IMG/VR virus record: IMGVR_UViG_3300037424_001449
Span: 1-29,275 of that record
DNA length: 29,275 nt
Strand: one strand, 5' to 3'
Source of the DNA: a virus
Lineage: Duplodnaviria > Caudoviricetes
Below the pieces are notes generated by a model, which had not been told where the DNA came from, did no database searches, and was given only the letters and a program-made list of their open reading frames with translations. Shown piece after piece: positions 27,012 to 29,275 of the stretch (position 1 is the stretch's first letter; every line of letters starts with the position of its first letter). A program made the position numbers and the translations under genes.

Positions 27012-27317
27012 ATGGAAGAAATAATAAAAGAAATTTTATCATATTTTGATATTAGATTTATGATTTTTGTGTTTTTGTCAGCACAAGTATTCTTAAAATA
27101 TACAAAATTAAAGATACTCAAAACCGATTACAAACGTTTAATCGTTATATTGGTCGGGGTCGTGTATGCAATTCTAATTGCGAAGTCAGATCAATTACTT
27201 TCCGGGCTTGGACAATCAGCGTGGTTCCTACTCAATAAATACGGAATATCACTTTTTGCAACAGTGCTGTTTTATGATTTCATTTATAAAAAAATAATAG
27301 AGAGGTTAAAAAAATGA
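27012..27317 (+). CDS. Putative holin (about 3 TM segments)
   Basis: Three hydrophobic stretches, basic C-terminus, SD GGGGAG; in the lysis cassette. Confidence 0.65.
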   Translation: MEEIIKEILSYFDIRFMIFVFLSAQVFLKYTKLKILKTDYKRLIVILVGVVYAILIAKSDQLLSGLGQSAWFLLNKYGISLFATVLFYDFIYKKIIERLKK

Positions 27318-27415
27318 ACGAATTTCAAAAAAACTTTCTACTCGCAAACGGAATTCCGATTGCATTTGTTATTTTAGGAATGCTGGTTTTTTATTTCACT
27401 GGAGGTGGAACGTGA
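27314..27415 (+). CDS. 33-aa single-TM peptide (MNEFQKNFLLANGIPIAFVILGMLVFYFTGGGT)
   Basis: Hand-translated; GAGGT SD; ATGA overlap upstream and GTGA overlap downstream. Confidence 0.7.
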   Translation: MNEFQKNFLLANGIPIAFVILGMLVFYFTGGGT

Positions 27416-27735
27416 AAGATAATTTAATTAAATATGGGATTATGGCAGTTATCGGAATTTTTGTGATAATATGCCTATTGATCTTTATAAACTCTTTATC
27501 CTGCATATCAGCTCCGAAGCAAATTGAAGGAGAATTGCAATCATGCAGCGATGCCAAATATATTGCCTATGCGTTCCATCGGAATGATAAAGTTCCGGAA
27601 ACTGTTATTTCAGAAGGGCTTAAACGGTGCGGTAATCAGCAGGATTATGTTTTTTGCAAATCCCAAGTCGAGGGTATTGAAGATGTCGACAGACGCAAAG
27701 CGGAATTCTCTAGTTGCTGGGATAAGATACAATGA
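27412..27735 (+). CDS. Putative lipoprotein or membrane-anchored Cys-rich protein (spanin candidate)
   Basis: GGAGGT SD, GTG start, signal-like hydrophobic stretch ending INSLSC, four further Cys. Confidence 0.6.
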   Translation: MKDNLIKYGIMAVIGIFVIICLLIFINSLSCISAPKQIEGELQSCSDAKYIAYAFHRNDKVPETVISEGLKRCGNQQDYVFCKSQVEGIEDVDRRKAEFSSCWDKIQ

Positions 27736-28187
27736 AAGTTCTTATCCACTGTTCAGATTCCAGCTGGGGAAACGCCTCGGAAATAACAAAATGGCATACT
27801 CTACCGTCCCCGAACGGGAACGGCTGGAAAAGTATAGGATACCACTATATTATTCTGAACGGATTATTATCCCTAAAATGTTTCAATGAGTTTTTCGATG
27901 GTTCGATTGAAACAGGTGTTCCCCTTGACGGTGACAATATATTATCTGTCTCAGAATTTGGCGCCCATGCGATTAGCCAGAATGATAAATCTGTCGGCAT
28001 CTGTTTAATCGGTAAAACTGGAGATTTTACACCAAAACAAAAAGAGTCACTAAAAAAATTATTAACACAATTAAAAGTACAATTTGGTAATATCGAAATA
28101 TTCCAACATTCTGACTTTGAACCAAAAAAACCTTTTTGCGCTGGGTTAGGAATTGAATATATTGAGTATCTTAGAACGACTACTTAA
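27732..28187 (+). CDS. Endolysin, N-acetylmuramoyl-L-alanine amidase (Amidase_2, T7 lysozyme-like)
   Basis: IHCSDS, GWKSIGYHY, GAHA...N..SVGICLIG, HSDF...KPFC zinc-ligand pattern. Confidence 0.93.
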   Translation: MKVLIHCSDSSWGNASEITKWHTLPSPNGNGWKSIGYHYIILNGLLSLKCFNEFFDGSIETGVPLDGDNILSVSEFGAHAISQNDKSVGICLIGKTGDFTPKQKESLKKLLTQLKVQFGNIEIFQHSDFEPKKPFCAGLGIEYIEYLRTTT

Positions 28188-28300
28188 TTCTCTGATATAA
28201 GTCTGAATTTGTAACTTGTATTAGGGTAAGTAATTTAGGAGTTTCTTCACTAAATTTTTTTGTATTCATTTTTATATTGATCGAGTAAATAACGTAATGC

Positions 28301-28549
28301 CTATTTTGTTTTTGCTTTTTTTATTGCTGACACGTCAGAGGCGGTCAATTTATCACGAATTAATTCAGCAAGTCTTTTTACTCCCATAAAATTTCCGCGC
28401 TTTAATGTATCGGTAATATGCGACATTGACGACGCATTTAATTTGCGACATAATTCATTGTTCCCATAATGCTTTGTGCATTGTCGGATATAACGTTCGT
28501 AAAATTGTTTTGATTTATCAATATTTCGATTTGCAGTTTCAAAATCCAT
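28301..28549 (-). CDS. Small basic protein, possible helix-turn-helix regulator (82 aa)
   Basis: Start moved to ATG at 28549 (AAGGGG SD, adjacent to the upstream stop); NNELCRKLNASSMSHITDTLKRG is HTH-like. Confidence 0.6.
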   Translation of the reverse strand: MDFETANRNIDKSKQFYERYIRQCTKHYGNNELCRKLNASSMSHITDTLKRGNFMGVKRLAELIRDKLTASDVSAIKKAKTK

Positions 28550-28550
28550 G

Positions 28551-28859
28551 TCAGATTTCCCCTTGTAAAGATATATCTTTGTTCTTATAAAGTTCTTGGA
28601 ATTTTTTGATTTTTCTACCATATTTCGTTCGATAATCTACCAGTAATCCACAATAATGTCCGTTTATGCCGTTTTTATCGAATTGAGTAACTGTACCTGT
28701 TTTTTTGCATTTATATTTTAAGAATTTGTAATCTACAGATATAGTATTGTCAGATATTAAATCAATATCGTCGAATAAAATCTCGTAAATATCTCCTCGA
28801 TAATATATCGTAGAGGGAAATTCATGCACGTTATTTACAATTTTATCAAAAGTTTTCAT
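28551..28859 (-). CDS. Hypothetical protein
   Basis: ORF track; ATGA coupling with the upstream gene. Confidence 0.65.
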   Translation of the reverse strand: MKTFDKIVNNVHEFPSTIYYRGDIYEILFDDIDLISDNTISVDYKFLKYKCKKTGTVTQFDKNGINGHYCGLLVDYRTKYGRKIKKFQELYKNKDISLQGEI

Positions 28860-29101
28860 TTTACCGCCCCCATCAAGTTACTTACTACTACAACAAAACT
28901 TTCATCAAATTCAAATCCTGCACAAAATTTATTATTTATCAAATCGTAAAAAAACTTCATCCCCATTGAATTAAATTTTCTTACCTTATTGCCAGATAAC
29001 CCAAATTGCTCTAATTTAATTAAATCAAAATACACTCTCTGTATTTTTTCGTCTTTTGTCCCCCAGAATTTACCACCTAAATCTATAAGCTTTTTCTCCA
29101 T
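28856..29101 (-). CDS. Hypothetical early phage protein (MEKKLIDLGGKFW...RVYF)
   Basis: Start moved to ATG 29101: GAGGAG SD at 29111-29116 and a promoter directly upstream. Confidence 0.75.
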   Translation of the reverse strand: MEKKLIDLGGKFWGTKDEKIQRVYFDLIKLEQFGLSGNKVRKFNSMGMKFFYDLINNKFCAGFEFDESFVVVVSNLMGAVK

Positions 29102-29144
29102 AATCTTTATCTCCTCGCGTCGGTCGCTGCCCTGTATTAAATCA

Positions 29145-29173
29145 AGTATACTAATATTATCGTACAGTGTCAA
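29145..29173 (-). promoter_or_regulatory. Near-consensus sigma70 promoter TTGACA-17-TATACT
   Basis: Read directly on the - strand; AT-rich upstream region; 5' of an SD and ATG. Confidence 0.88.
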
Positions 29174-29275
29174 CAATTAATTGAATTATTTAATCAAATT
29201 TAAGAAAAAATCGCACTTTTTTTAATTTTCTAAAGATTTTGATATATTTTGGCTTTTGCGAAGCAAATGATCCGC

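Noticed and set aside
1112-27121. Numerous - strand and nested + strand ORFs in the track (e.g. 12274-12684, 15271-15732, 17567-18025, 10638-10994)
   Set aside because: They overlap well-supported genes almost entirely and show no recognisable motifs, consistent with shadow ORFs.
27524-27889. Embedded Rz1-like o-spanin ORF
   Set aside because: No signal peptide or lipobox; overlaps two better-supported genes.
29102-29176. N-terminal extension of the 28856-29176 ORF
   Set aside because: The extension runs through the promoter and SD; the start at 29101 is better supported.
1-29275. Stop-codon reassignment (alternative genetic code)
   Set aside because: Core genes are full length in code 11, and TAA, TGA and TAG all end genes at sensible junctions.

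Overview
An AT-rich (roughly 35% GC by eye) virion-morphogenesis and lysis region of a contractile-tailed (myovirus-type) dsDNA phage or prophage, almost all on the + strand. Gene order: small ORFs, ParB-like/DNA methyltransferase fusion, terminase small and large (PBSX type), an inserted 436-aa gene, portal, gpF/gp7-like head protein, prohead protease, scaffold, major capsid with an Ig/FN3-like insertion, head-tail connectors, sheath, tube, Zn-finger tail assembly chaperone, short tape measure, complete baseplate module, mosaic tail fibre, a multi-gene membrane/lysis cassette and an amidase endolysin. It ends with convergent - strand genes downstream of a near-consensus sigma70 promoter. Signals outside the ORF track: a -1 frameshift (T TTT TTA) giving a gpG/gpGT-like chaperone extension, several small translationally coupled ORFs, duplicated GC hairpins just after the capsid gene, a shared TTGACAAAA-type upstream motif, many short tandem duplications, and extra beta-rich domains inserted in several structural proteins. 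All family assignments come from motif recognition and synteny; no searches were run. I found no RNA genes, CRISPR array, integrase or reverse transcriptase, and no wholly new system that I can establish from sequence alone.
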